A stretch of DNA of 64,000 nucleotides from Actinomycetota bacterium (GTDB taxonomy: Bacteria > Actinomycetota > Acidimicrobiia > Acidimicrobiales > MedAcidi-G1), in assembly GCA_014381945.1 (NCBI GenBank), contig JACNKQ010000036.1, positions 14,739-78,738 on the forward strand. Reading direction: 5' to 3'. Made by a program: the position numbers and the translations under genes. Each line of letters opens with the position of its first letter. The stretch's first letter is position 1. Below are positions 17,394 through 27,417 of the stretch, piece after piece. The notes beneath the pieces are model-generated. The model saw only the letters and a program-made list of their open reading frames with translations. It made no database searches and was not told the DNA's origin.

Positions 17394-18581
17394 ATGTCCG
17401 GACCCCTCGACGGCATCCGCATCGTCGACTTCTCGGTGGCCCTGACCGGACCGCTGGCCGCTGGGATGCTCGTCGACCAGGGGGCCGACTGCATCAAGGT
17501 CGAACAGTCGCCCAGCGGCGACCTGGTCCGCTGGCTGGGAACATCGGTCGAGGGCATCTCCTCGATGTTCCAGATCGCCAACCGGGGCAAGCGGTCGGCC
17601 ACGATCGACCTCCGACAGGACGAGGGCCTCGCAATCGCCCTGGACCTCATCGCAGCAGCCGACGTGGTCGTCCAGAACTTCCGGCCGGGGGTCGCCGAGC
17701 GCCTCGGGATCGCCTACGCGGACGCAGTCGCCGTGACCCCCGACGTCGTCTATGCCGACATCACCGGATTCGGACCGACCGGCCCAGCCAGCGGCCGCCG
17801 CGTCTACGACACCGCCATCCAGGCCGCCTCGGGGCTGGCCGCCAGCCAGACGGGAATCAACGACGACCGGCCACGGCTGCTCAAGCAGCTGGCCGCCGAC
17901 AAGATCACCGCCTACACCGCCTGCCAGGCGATCACCGCCGCCCTGCTCGCCCGGGAACGCGGCCACGGCGGCCAGCACCTCGAGCTCTCGATGCTCGACG
18001 CCTGCATCGCCTTCCTGTTCGTCGATGGCGCCGACCACGAGATCGTCCTCGACGGCGACCACGACGGCCCCCAGAGCGTCGCCGCCAACAACACGCCCCT
18101 CGAGTTGGCCGACGGGTTCGCAACCGTCGCCGTGCCCGGCGACGTCGAGTTCCACGGCGTGGCGGCGGCCTTCGGCATCGACAGCTCCGACCCGGACCTG
18201 GCGACGCTCCGGGACCGCGTGCACAACCCCGACAAGGCACGTGAGGTCCACCTTGCGATCAGAAGGGCGTCGCCGACCATGACGATCGCCGAGGCGGAGG
18301 TCGCCCTGGAGGCCAACGGCGTGCCGTTCGGCATCGTGCGCGCCGTCCACGAGGTCGCCGACGACCCCCAGGTGATCGCCAACGAGGTCTTCGCCGAGCA
18401 CGACCACCCCGTCGCCGGTCGGATACGCCAACATCGTCCTCCGACACGGTTCCACGGCACGCCGGCCGAGCTCCGGGAGAGTTCGGCACCGACCCTCGGC
18501 CAGCACACCGACGATGTCGTGGCCGGGACGGGGCGCGGCGACCGCCTCGACGAACTCCGGTCGGCCAATGTGATCGGATGA
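17394..18581 (+). CDS. CaiB/BaiF family (type III) CoA-transferase / racemase-like
   Basis: 395-aa ORF beginning MSGPLDGIRIVDFSVALTGPLAAGMLVDQGADCIKVE, the canonical family III opening. Confidence 0.85.
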   Translation: MSGPLDGIRIVDFSVALTGPLAAGMLVDQGADCIKVEQSPSGDLVRWLGTSVEGISSMFQIANRGKRSATIDLRQDEGLAIALDLIAAADVVVQNFRPGVAERLGIAYADAVAVTPDVVYADITGFGPTGPASGRRVYDTAIQAASGLAASQTGINDDRPRLLKQLAADKITAYTACQAITAALLARERGHGGQHLELSMLDACIAFLFVDGADHEIVLDGDHDGPQSVAANNTPLELADGFATVAVPGDVEFHGVAAAFGIDSSDPDLATLRDRVHNPDKAREVHLAIRRASPTMTIAEAEVALEANGVPFGIVRAVHEVADDPQVIANEVFAEHDHPVAGRIRQHRPPTRFHGTPAELRESSAPTLGQHTDDVVAGTGRGDRLDELRSANVIG

Positions 18582-18619
18582 GGGCGATCGGATGAGGGCG
18601 ATCAGATGAGGGCGATCAG
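18578..18619 (+). repeat. 3 tandem copies of a 14-bp unit ATGAGGGCGATC(G/A)G
   Basis: Read directly: 18578-18591 atgagggcgatcgg, 18592-18605 atgagggcgatcag, 18606-18619 atgagggcgatcag. The next ATG (18620) is the NUDIX gene start. Confidence 0.9.
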
Positions 18620-19369
18620 ATGACCGGAGAAACCCGCGAGCAACGCCGGTACGACGCCTGGGTCCGCCTCCACGCCGAGGCCGGAACCACCGAACTCATT
18701 CCGGCGGCGACTGTCCTGGTCCTGCGCGACGGGGCCGACGGCCTCGAGGTCCTGATGCTGCGGAAGAACTCGAAGATCGTCTTCGGGGGCATGTGGGTGT
18801 TCCCGGGAGGCCGCGTCGACGACGATGACACCGTCCGGGACGGCAACGGCGAGCCCGACGAGTTGGCGACAGCGGCCCGGGCGGCCGCCCGCGAGGCCGC
18901 CGAGGAGGCCTGCATCGCCGTCGACCCCGAGGCGCTGGTGTGGTTCGCCCACTGGGTGCCCCCGCCCATCACGCCCAAGCGCTTCTCGACATTCTTCTTC
19001 GCCGCCCGGGCGGCACCGGGGGTGGACGGGATCGTGGAGATCGACGAAGGCGAGATAGTGGACCATGCCTGGATGACCCCGGCCGGGGCGATGGCCCGGC
19101 GGGACGCCGGCGAAATCGAACTGGCACCGCCCACCTGGATGAGCCTGAACCTTCTGGCAGCCCGGTCGACCGTTGACGAGGCGCTCGATGCGCTGGCCGA
19201 GATCGAACCGGGGTTCTACGAAACACACATCGGCAGGTCCGACGACGGCACCGTGGCAATGTGGGAGGGCGACGCAGGCTACGAGGCCGGCGACCCGTGC
19301 CTGGAGGGCCCCCGCCACCGACTGACGATGCGCGACGGCGGCTACATCTACGAGCGCACCGGCTGCTGA
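18620..19369 (+). CDS. NUDIX hydrolase
   Basis: 249-aa ORF with a Nudix-box-like segment GGMWVFPGGRVDDDD...AAAREAAEEA. Confidence 0.8.
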   Translation: MTGETREQRRYDAWVRLHAEAGTTELIPAATVLVLRDGADGLEVLMLRKNSKIVFGGMWVFPGGRVDDDDTVRDGNGEPDELATAARAAAREAAEEACIAVDPEALVWFAHWVPPPITPKRFSTFFFAARAAPGVDGIVEIDEGEIVDHAWMTPAGAMARRDAGEIELAPPTWMSLNLLAARSTVDEALDALAEIEPGFYETHIGRSDDGTVAMWEGDAGYEAGDPCLEGPRHRLTMRDGGYIYERTGC

Positions 19370-19431
19370 CCCCCAGGCACCTCCGACAAAGCGGAACGAT
19401 GTCCTGACGGGTAGGACCTACCATCTCCCGG

Positions 19432-21765
<2,334 letters not shown>

Positions 21766-21815
21766 CGTTTCGCCCGACGAACGGCCACAGGGAAAACGCC
21801 CACGAGGGAGTCGAC

Positions 21816-23084
21816 ATGCCGGACACCGATCAGGGGCTTTTCACCACCGCACTGGCACAGTTCGAGCGCGGCGCCGAGTTGATCGGCATGCCCGCCGACC
21901 TGCGGTCGATCATCTCGCAGCCCAAGAACGAGATCATCGTCAACTTCCCAGTCCGGATGACAGACGGGAGCTACCGGGTATTTCGCGGCTACCGCATCCA
22001 GCACAGCAACCTGTTGGGTCCCTACAAGGGGGGCGTCCGGTTCCATCCGGCGGTCGACCTCGACGAGGTCAAGGCACTTGCCTCCTGGATGACCTGGAAG
22101 TCGGCCCTCTGCGACATCCCGTTCGGAGGCGCCAAGGGCGGCATCGCCTTCAGTCCCCGCGACCACGACGAGGACGAACTCGAGCGCATCGTCCGCCGCT
22201 TCACCCACAGCCTCGGTGGCAACATCGGCCCGGACCACGACATCCCGGCCCCTGACCTCGGCTCGAACGCCCAGTCGATGGTGTGGATGATGGACACCTA
22301 CGCCAACTCGACGGGTGCCACCGAGCGCCAGAACGTCAAGAGGGTCGTCACCGGAAAGACGCTCGAGACCGGCGGCAGCCCCGGCCGCGAGAAGGCCACC
22401 GGCCAGGGTGTCGTGTTCTGCCTTCAGCACTGGGCCGACGAAGTCGGGTTCGACCTCTTGGGTGCCACGGTCGCTATCCAGGGCTGGGGCAACGTCGGGA
22501 GCGCCACCGGTCGGATCCTTCAGGTCCACGGGGCAACGGTCACCGCAGTGGCCGACCATCAGGGCGCCGTCGCCGACGAGGACGGGATCGACGCCTTCGA
22601 GCTCACCGACTGGGTGCGCGAGCGGGGCACCGTGAAGGGCTTTCCAAATGCAGGCTGGATCGACGACGACGACTTCTGGTCCTCCGACGTGGACATCTTC
22701 ATCCCTGCGGCAATCGAGAACCAGGTGCGCGCCGACAACGCCCCCGGGATCCGCGCGAAGGTCATCGTCGAGGCCGCCAACGGGCCGACGACCCTCGAGG
22801 CAGAGCGCCTGCTCCAGGACCGGGGCGTCGACATCCTGCCCGACGTCCTGGTGAACGCCGGAGGCGTCATCGTGTCGTACTTCGAGTGGGTGCAGAACCG
22901 CTCGGCTCAACGCTGGTCGCTCGACGACGTCGACTACAGGTTGCGGGACGTGCTCTGGAAGGCCTGTGATGCCGTCGTCGAGGCTCGCAGGGACTACGAG
23001 GTCGAGTCCCGCCGGGACGCCGCCTACGCCGTGGCCCTCAGCCGGCTCCAGGCCGTCTACCAGCAGCGCGGCATCTTTCCCTGA
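21816..23084 (+). CDS. gdhA: Glu/Leu/Phe/Val dehydrogenase family, glutamate dehydrogenase
   Basis: ATG 21816, preceded by GAGGGAG 5 nt upstream. Contains ...GPYKGGVRFHP...PFGGAKGG...GWGNVGS.... About 422 aa. Confidence 0.9.
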   Translation: MPDTDQGLFTTALAQFERGAELIGMPADLRSIISQPKNEIIVNFPVRMTDGSYRVFRGYRIQHSNLLGPYKGGVRFHPAVDLDEVKALASWMTWKSALCDIPFGGAKGGIAFSPRDHDEDELERIVRRFTHSLGGNIGPDHDIPAPDLGSNAQSMVWMMDTYANSTGATERQNVKRVVTGKTLETGGSPGREKATGQGVVFCLQHWADEVGFDLLGATVAIQGWGNVGSATGRILQVHGATVTAVADHQGAVADEDGIDAFELTDWVRERGTVKGFPNAGWIDDDDFWSSDVDIFIPAAIENQVRADNAPGIRAKVIVEAANGPTTLEAERLLQDRGVDILPDVLVNAGGVIVSYFEWVQNRSAQRWSLDDVDYRLRDVLWKACDAVVEARRDYEVESRRDAAYAVALSRLQAVYQQRGIFP

Positions 23085-23122
23085 TCCAGAGGGGATCGCC
23101 GGCCGTTGCTACGGTCGACCCC

Positions 23123-23776
23123 ATGGGCACCCGGACGCTTGTGTGTGGCGCCGGTGGCCTGACCTACGAGTTGGTCGACCGGCTTCGTGAACGTGGCCAC
23201 CTCGTCGAGGGCGTCGCTACCGCTTCGCTGGTGGTCCGGGCCGATGCCGGTACGGCCGTCGATGCCGCAGCAGATGCGCTGGGGGCATTGGACCTCGTCG
23301 TCCACGTACTGGGGTCCCCGGGGCATCCGACCCCCCTGGTCGACCTTTCGACCGACGAATGGGTAGCCGCCTGCGAGGAGCCGATGGTGGGCGCCCTCCA
23401 TCTGCTCCAGGCCTGTCGCCCGCATCTCGGTCCCGGCAGTCGTGTCGTCCATGTGGTGCCCACGTCCGCCATGGGAGGTGCACCGGGGTTCGCCGCCACG
23501 GCAACGGCGGCCGAGGGGATCCGGGCCCTGAACAAGAGCGCCGCCCGCCAGTGGGGTGCCGATGGGATCACGGCCACCGTGGTCGCCGCAGCCCCCGAAC
23601 TGCTCATCGGTCCGGCGGCGAACTCGGCGGGTGGTGCCCTCACCGGCCCGGCACTCGGGCGCACCGGTGGGGCGGAAGACCTGGCTGGGATCATCGACAC
23701 CCTGGCCTCGCCCGATGCCGCCTTCACGACCGGTTCGACGATCGTCGCCGATGGCGGCACCTGGATGGCTCCGTGA
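23123..23776 (+). CDS. SDR-like protein lacking the catalytic Tyr/Lys (probably non-catalytic)
   Basis: 217-aa ORF with an SDR-like fold (VCGAGGLT...; C-terminal ...FTTGSTIVADGGTWM). Where SDRs carry YxxxK the sequence reads FAATATAAEGIRALNKS. Confidence 0.65.
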   Translation: MGTRTLVCGAGGLTYELVDRLRERGHLVEGVATASLVVRADAGTAVDAAADALGALDLVVHVLGSPGHPTPLVDLSTDEWVAACEEPMVGALHLLQACRPHLGPGSRVVHVVPTSAMGGAPGFAATATAAEGIRALNKSAARQWGADGITATVVAAAPELLIGPAANSAGGALTGPALGRTGGAEDLAGIIDTLASPDAAFTTGSTIVADGGTWMAP

Positions 23777-24549
23777 GCACGGATCGCGGCGTGGGGCTGC
23801 TCGACGGCCGGGTGGCGCTGATCACCGGCGGTGCCGCGGGCATCGGCCTCGGCATCGCCACGGCGATGGCGAGGGAGGGTGCGGCGGTGGTGCTGGCCGT
23901 CCGCCGTACCGAAAACGGTGGGCCGGCCGCCGAGGCGCTGCGCTCCGGTGGACACCGGGCTCTCTGCATCCGCTGCGATGTCACCAGCCGTGACGATCTG
24001 GAGGCCGCCGTGGCCGCCACGGTCGGGGATTTCGGCCGGTTGGACTGCTTCGTCCACAATGCCGTCGGTGGCAACGTCGCCCCGGGCCCGATCGAAGGAA
24101 TGGACGACGGCTGGCTCGGCCTGCTCGCCACGACTGTGAGGGCCTCGTTCGACGCCGCGCAGGTGTCCCACCCGCATCTGGCGGATGCAGGAGGGTCGTT
24201 CATCCTCATGGCATCCGCTGCGGGGATGGAGGGAAGCGCCAACCTTCCCGCCTACGCCATGGTCAAGGCGTCACAGCGGGCCCTTGCAAAGAGCCTGTCC
24301 CGGGAATGGGGGCCGTATGGAATCCGCGTGAACTGCATCGCTCCGGTCGCCCGCACGCCGGCCATGGACCGCGCCTATCGGGCGAATCCGAATCTGGAGG
24401 AACAGTTGGTGGGCCGTACCCCGCTGCAACGGATCGGTGATCCGACCGACGACATCGGGCCGGTGGCGGTGTTCCTCGCCAGCGACCTGGCCCGGTTCGT
24501 GACCGGCCAGACGATCGTGGCGGACGGTGGCGGGTTCCTGGGGCTCTAG
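23773..24549 (+). CDS. SDR family oxidoreductase
   Basis: GTG 23773 overlaps the upstream stop (GTGA). Motifs: TGGAAGIGLG, HNAV, YAMVKAS. Confidence 0.85.
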   Translation: MSTDRGVGLLDGRVALITGGAAGIGLGIATAMAREGAAVVLAVRRTENGGPAAEALRSGGHRALCIRCDVTSRDDLEAAVAATVGDFGRLDCFVHNAVGGNVAPGPIEGMDDGWLGLLATTVRASFDAAQVSHPHLADAGGSFILMASAAGMEGSANLPAYAMVKASQRALAKSLSREWGPYGIRVNCIAPVARTPAMDRAYRANPNLEEQLVGRTPLQRIGDPTDDIGPVAVFLASDLARFVTGQTIVADGGGFLGL

Positions 24550-24579
24550 GGCTTGCAGCCCGGGGTTGAAAGAAGCGCC

Positions 24580-24945
24580 TCAGTTCGCCCGGGTGAGTGC
24601 GGCGGCAGCCCGTTGGGCGGCAACCTGGCGACGCCCGATGATGGGGGTGGTCGGGGCGAAGCCGGCGGTGGCACGCTCAGATTCGGATTCGCCGCCCCAG
24701 TAGCCCAGCTCACGGTTCTGGCGGGCGTAGTCCTTGCAGGGGCCGGCAACGGGGCAGGAACCGCACAGTTGGTCGGCCTTGGCCTCCCGTCGGACCCGGG
24801 CCTCGGGGCGTTCGGCAAAGGGGGCGAAGAACAGGTCGCTCTCTCCATGGCAGGCGGCGTCGTCGACCCAGGTCATCCGGTCGTCCGCCAGCAGGGTTGC
24901 CGCTGCCTCGGTCAGGTCATCGATGCGGTCAGCCAGGTCGGTCAT
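24580..24945 (-). CDS. WhiB family transcriptional regulator
   Basis: 121-aa ORF with four Cys in WhiB spacing (AACHGE...LCGSCPVAGPC), a GYWGG turn, and a basic C-terminal tail. Confidence 0.85.
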   Translation of the reverse strand: MTDLADRIDDLTEAAATLLADDRMTWVDDAACHGESDLFFAPFAERPEARVRREAKADQLCGSCPVAGPCKDYARQNRELGYWGGESESERATAGFAPTTPIIGRRQVAAQRAAAALTRAN

Positions 24946-25182
24946 TGTGGGATCTCCTCGTCTGTCTCGATGGAGGCGGCCCCTCTGCCGTCCCCCTCAT
25001 CCACGGCACGCGAACGTACGCCCTTCTGTGACGCCGGTACAGGGATTTGCGATGATTGTTAGAGAATCTATCTATCTCTATTTGTGATTGATAAGCCAGC
25101 GTCACATACCTTCCCACGATTACTCCCCGGTAGCAACCGCGCGAACCATCCCCAAGTCGGCAGTCGGACGCCGCAGGATGCC

Positions 25183-26202
25183 ATGCTCTCCCCGATGGAC
25201 TCCCACCACCGGGCCGGCGACCCCGGCCCCTACTTCGACGACCTCTCGGTTGGACAGCTCCTCGACCCCGCCCCCGCCGTCACTATCGACGAGGGCGAGG
25301 CCGCCGTCTACCAGGCCATCTGTGGCGACCCCCTCGCCCTGGCCCTGAGTGCACCGCTGTCCGAGGCCGTGACCGGAACGCCCGGGCGCCTGGCCAACCC
25401 GGCACTCGTCATGCACATCTCGATCGGACAGAGCACGGTCGCCACCCAGCGGGTCGTGGCCAACCTCTTCTACAGGGGCGTGGCACTGAGCCAGGTCGTC
25501 CGGCTCGGCGAGACCCTGCACACCACGGTCGAGGTCCGCGGGCTGCGCGAGACCACCCGTCGCGACGACCGTCCGCCCCGGGGGCTGGCCCTGCTCGGCA
25601 TCCGTACGGTCAGGGTCGACGACGGTGCCCCCGTAGTCGACTACGAGCGCTGCGCCATGCTGCGGTTCCGCGACGAAAACTCCGACACCGGCCACTCCGA
25701 CGACCTGGGCGCCCCATCACCCGAGGTCGACCTGGCCGACTGGACCGACCGGGTGCCGGCGGGCTGGGACCCCTCCCCGCTGGCTGCCGCCGCCGACAGC
25801 AGATGGGCCGTCGGCGAGACCCGTGCCGACCTGCTGCGCGACACCGTGACCGCAGCACCCGAGTTGGCCAGGCTCAGCCAGAACCTTGCGCCCGTGCACC
25901 GCGACGCCGCCGCCAACGAGGGGGGCCGACGGCTCGTCTACGGCGGCCACACCATCGGCCTGGCCCAGGCGTCGCTGGTTCGCCGCATGCCAGGCACCGC
26001 CACTGTGCTGGGCTGGCAGTCCTGCGACCACCCCGCACCCGTGTTCGAGGACGACGTGCTGTCGTGCCGCCACACCCTGCTCGACGAGCAGTCGGTCGCC
26101 GGAGGTCGCCTGCGTGCTGTCCGCACCGAGGTATCCGCCGAACGCGACGGTGGAGACGTCGGCCCGGTCCTCGACTGGCGGCTCGTTACGTGGGGCGCCT
26201 GA
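25183..26202 (+). CDS. MaoC-like (double hot-dog) acyl dehydratase/hydratase
   Basis: About 340 aa from ATG 25183 (alternative 25195). It has an N-terminal hot-dog half (...YFDDLSVGQLL...) and a C-terminal half (...RLVYGGHTIGLAQ...). The start is uncertain. Confidence 0.7.
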   Translation: MLSPMDSHHRAGDPGPYFDDLSVGQLLDPAPAVTIDEGEAAVYQAICGDPLALALSAPLSEAVTGTPGRLANPALVMHISIGQSTVATQRVVANLFYRGVALSQVVRLGETLHTTVEVRGLRETTRRDDRPPRGLALLGIRTVRVDDGAPVVDYERCAMLRFRDENSDTGHSDDLGAPSPEVDLADWTDRVPAGWDPSPLAAAADSRWAVGETRADLLRDTVTAAPELARLSQNLAPVHRDAAANEGGRRLVYGGHTIGLAQASLVRRMPGTATVLGWQSCDHPAPVFEDDVLSCRHTLLDEQSVAGGRLRAVRTEVSAERDGGDVGPVLDWRLVTWGA

Positions 26203-27412
26203 CCCCCTGGGTCGCAACCATGCCGCGGTCGACCAGCGAGCCGATCTCGGCTGCGGCGAGGCCGAGGTCGTCGGCGAGCACCTCTTCGGTGTGCTCGCCC
26301 AGCCGTGGCGCCGTCGCCGCACCCCGACCCTCGGCACCGGCACCGCTGAACGCCAGCGGCGATCCGGGCACCAGGTGGCGCCCCACGCCGGGCTGGTCGA
26401 GGTCGGCGAACAGCGGGTTGGCGGTCGAGCACCGCGGATCCTCGGCAACGAGTTCGAGGAAAGTGCGGTAGGGACCCCAGCACACTCCCTCGGCGTCGAG
26501 GCCGTCGGCCACCTCGGCCAGCGTGCGGGCGGAGAACCACGGGCCGAACAAGTCCCCCAGACGGTCCCTGGCCAGGAAGCGTTCGCCCTCGTCGGCGAAG
26601 TCGACACCGAGTTCGTCGGCCAGCGCCGCCACGGCGTCGGTCGTGCCGGTGGCCGCCTGCAGGCCCCGCCACTGCTTCGGACTGATCGCCACGACCATCA
26701 CCCGGCGGCCGTCGCCGGTCGCAAAGTCGCTGCCGTAGGCGCCGTAGAGGTCGTTGCCGATGGCCTCCCGCTGGGTACCGAGCACCTGGGCCTCGGCCAG
26801 CGAGCCCAACATCCCGACGGTCGCCAGCGCCACGTCGACGAGCGCCAGGGTCACAAGGTCGCCGACGCCCTCGAGGATCCGTCGCCGGTCGGCGGCCAGC
26901 AGGCCCAAGGCGGCCATCTGCCCGCACATCAGGTCCCAGGCCGGCACGACGTTGTTGACGGGCCTGGGGTCGTCGGCGTGGCCGGTGGCCGACGGGTAGC
27001 CCATGGCGCAGTTGACCGTGTAGTCGACGGCGGTCGTGCCATCGTGATTGCCGGTGATTGCCACCATCACGAGGTCGTCGCGTCGTCGGCGCAGCGCCTC
27101 GTACGACAGCCAGCCGACCGCCGGGAAGTTGGTGAGGAAGTTGCCGGACCGGCCGATCAACTCGCCGACCAGGTCCTGTACCTCGGGCTCTCCGAGGTTC
27201 ACGGCCAGCGAGCGCTTGCCCTTGTTGAGCCCGTTCCAGTAGAGGCTGATGCCGTCGGGGGTGAGCGGCCACCTTTGGTGGTCGATGCCACCGCCGATGC
27301 GGTCGAAGCGGATGACGTCGGCCCCCAACTGGGCCAGCGTCATGCCACCCGACGGTGCGGCTACGAAGGCAGAGCCCTCGACGACCGTCAGGCCAGCGAG
27401 AGGTAGCGACAC
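26186..27412 (-). CDS. CaiB/BaiF family (type III) CoA-transferase
   Basis: 408-aa ORF (MSLPLAGLTVVEGSAFVAAPSGGMTLAQLGADVIRFD...). Its 3-prime end overlaps the convergent MaoC-like gene by 17 bp. Confidence 0.85.
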   Translation of the reverse strand: MSLPLAGLTVVEGSAFVAAPSGGMTLAQLGADVIRFDRIGGGIDHQRWPLTPDGISLYWNGLNKGKRSLAVNLGEPEVQDLVGELIGRSGNFLTNFPAVGWLSYEALRRRRDDLVMVAITGNHDGTTAVDYTVNCAMGYPSATGHADDPRPVNNVVPAWDLMCGQMAALGLLAADRRRILEGVGDLVTLALVDVALATVGMLGSLAEAQVLGTQREAIGNDLYGAYGSDFATGDGRRVMVVAISPKQWRGLQAATGTTDAVAALADELGVDFADEGERFLARDRLGDLFGPWFSARTLAEVADGLDAEGVCWGPYRTFLELVAEDPRCSTANPLFADLDQPGVGRHLVPGSPLAFSGAGAEGRGAATAPRLGEHTEEVLADDLGLAAAEIGSLVDRGMVATQGVRRPT

Positions 27413-27417
27413 TCGCC

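Noticed and set aside
25083-25106. TGTGA-N14-TCACA as a CRP site
   Set aside because: The arms are perfect but the spacing is 14 instead of 6, which is incompatible with a canonical CRP dimer site. Only the imperfect N6 site at 25027..25042 was retained, at low confidence.
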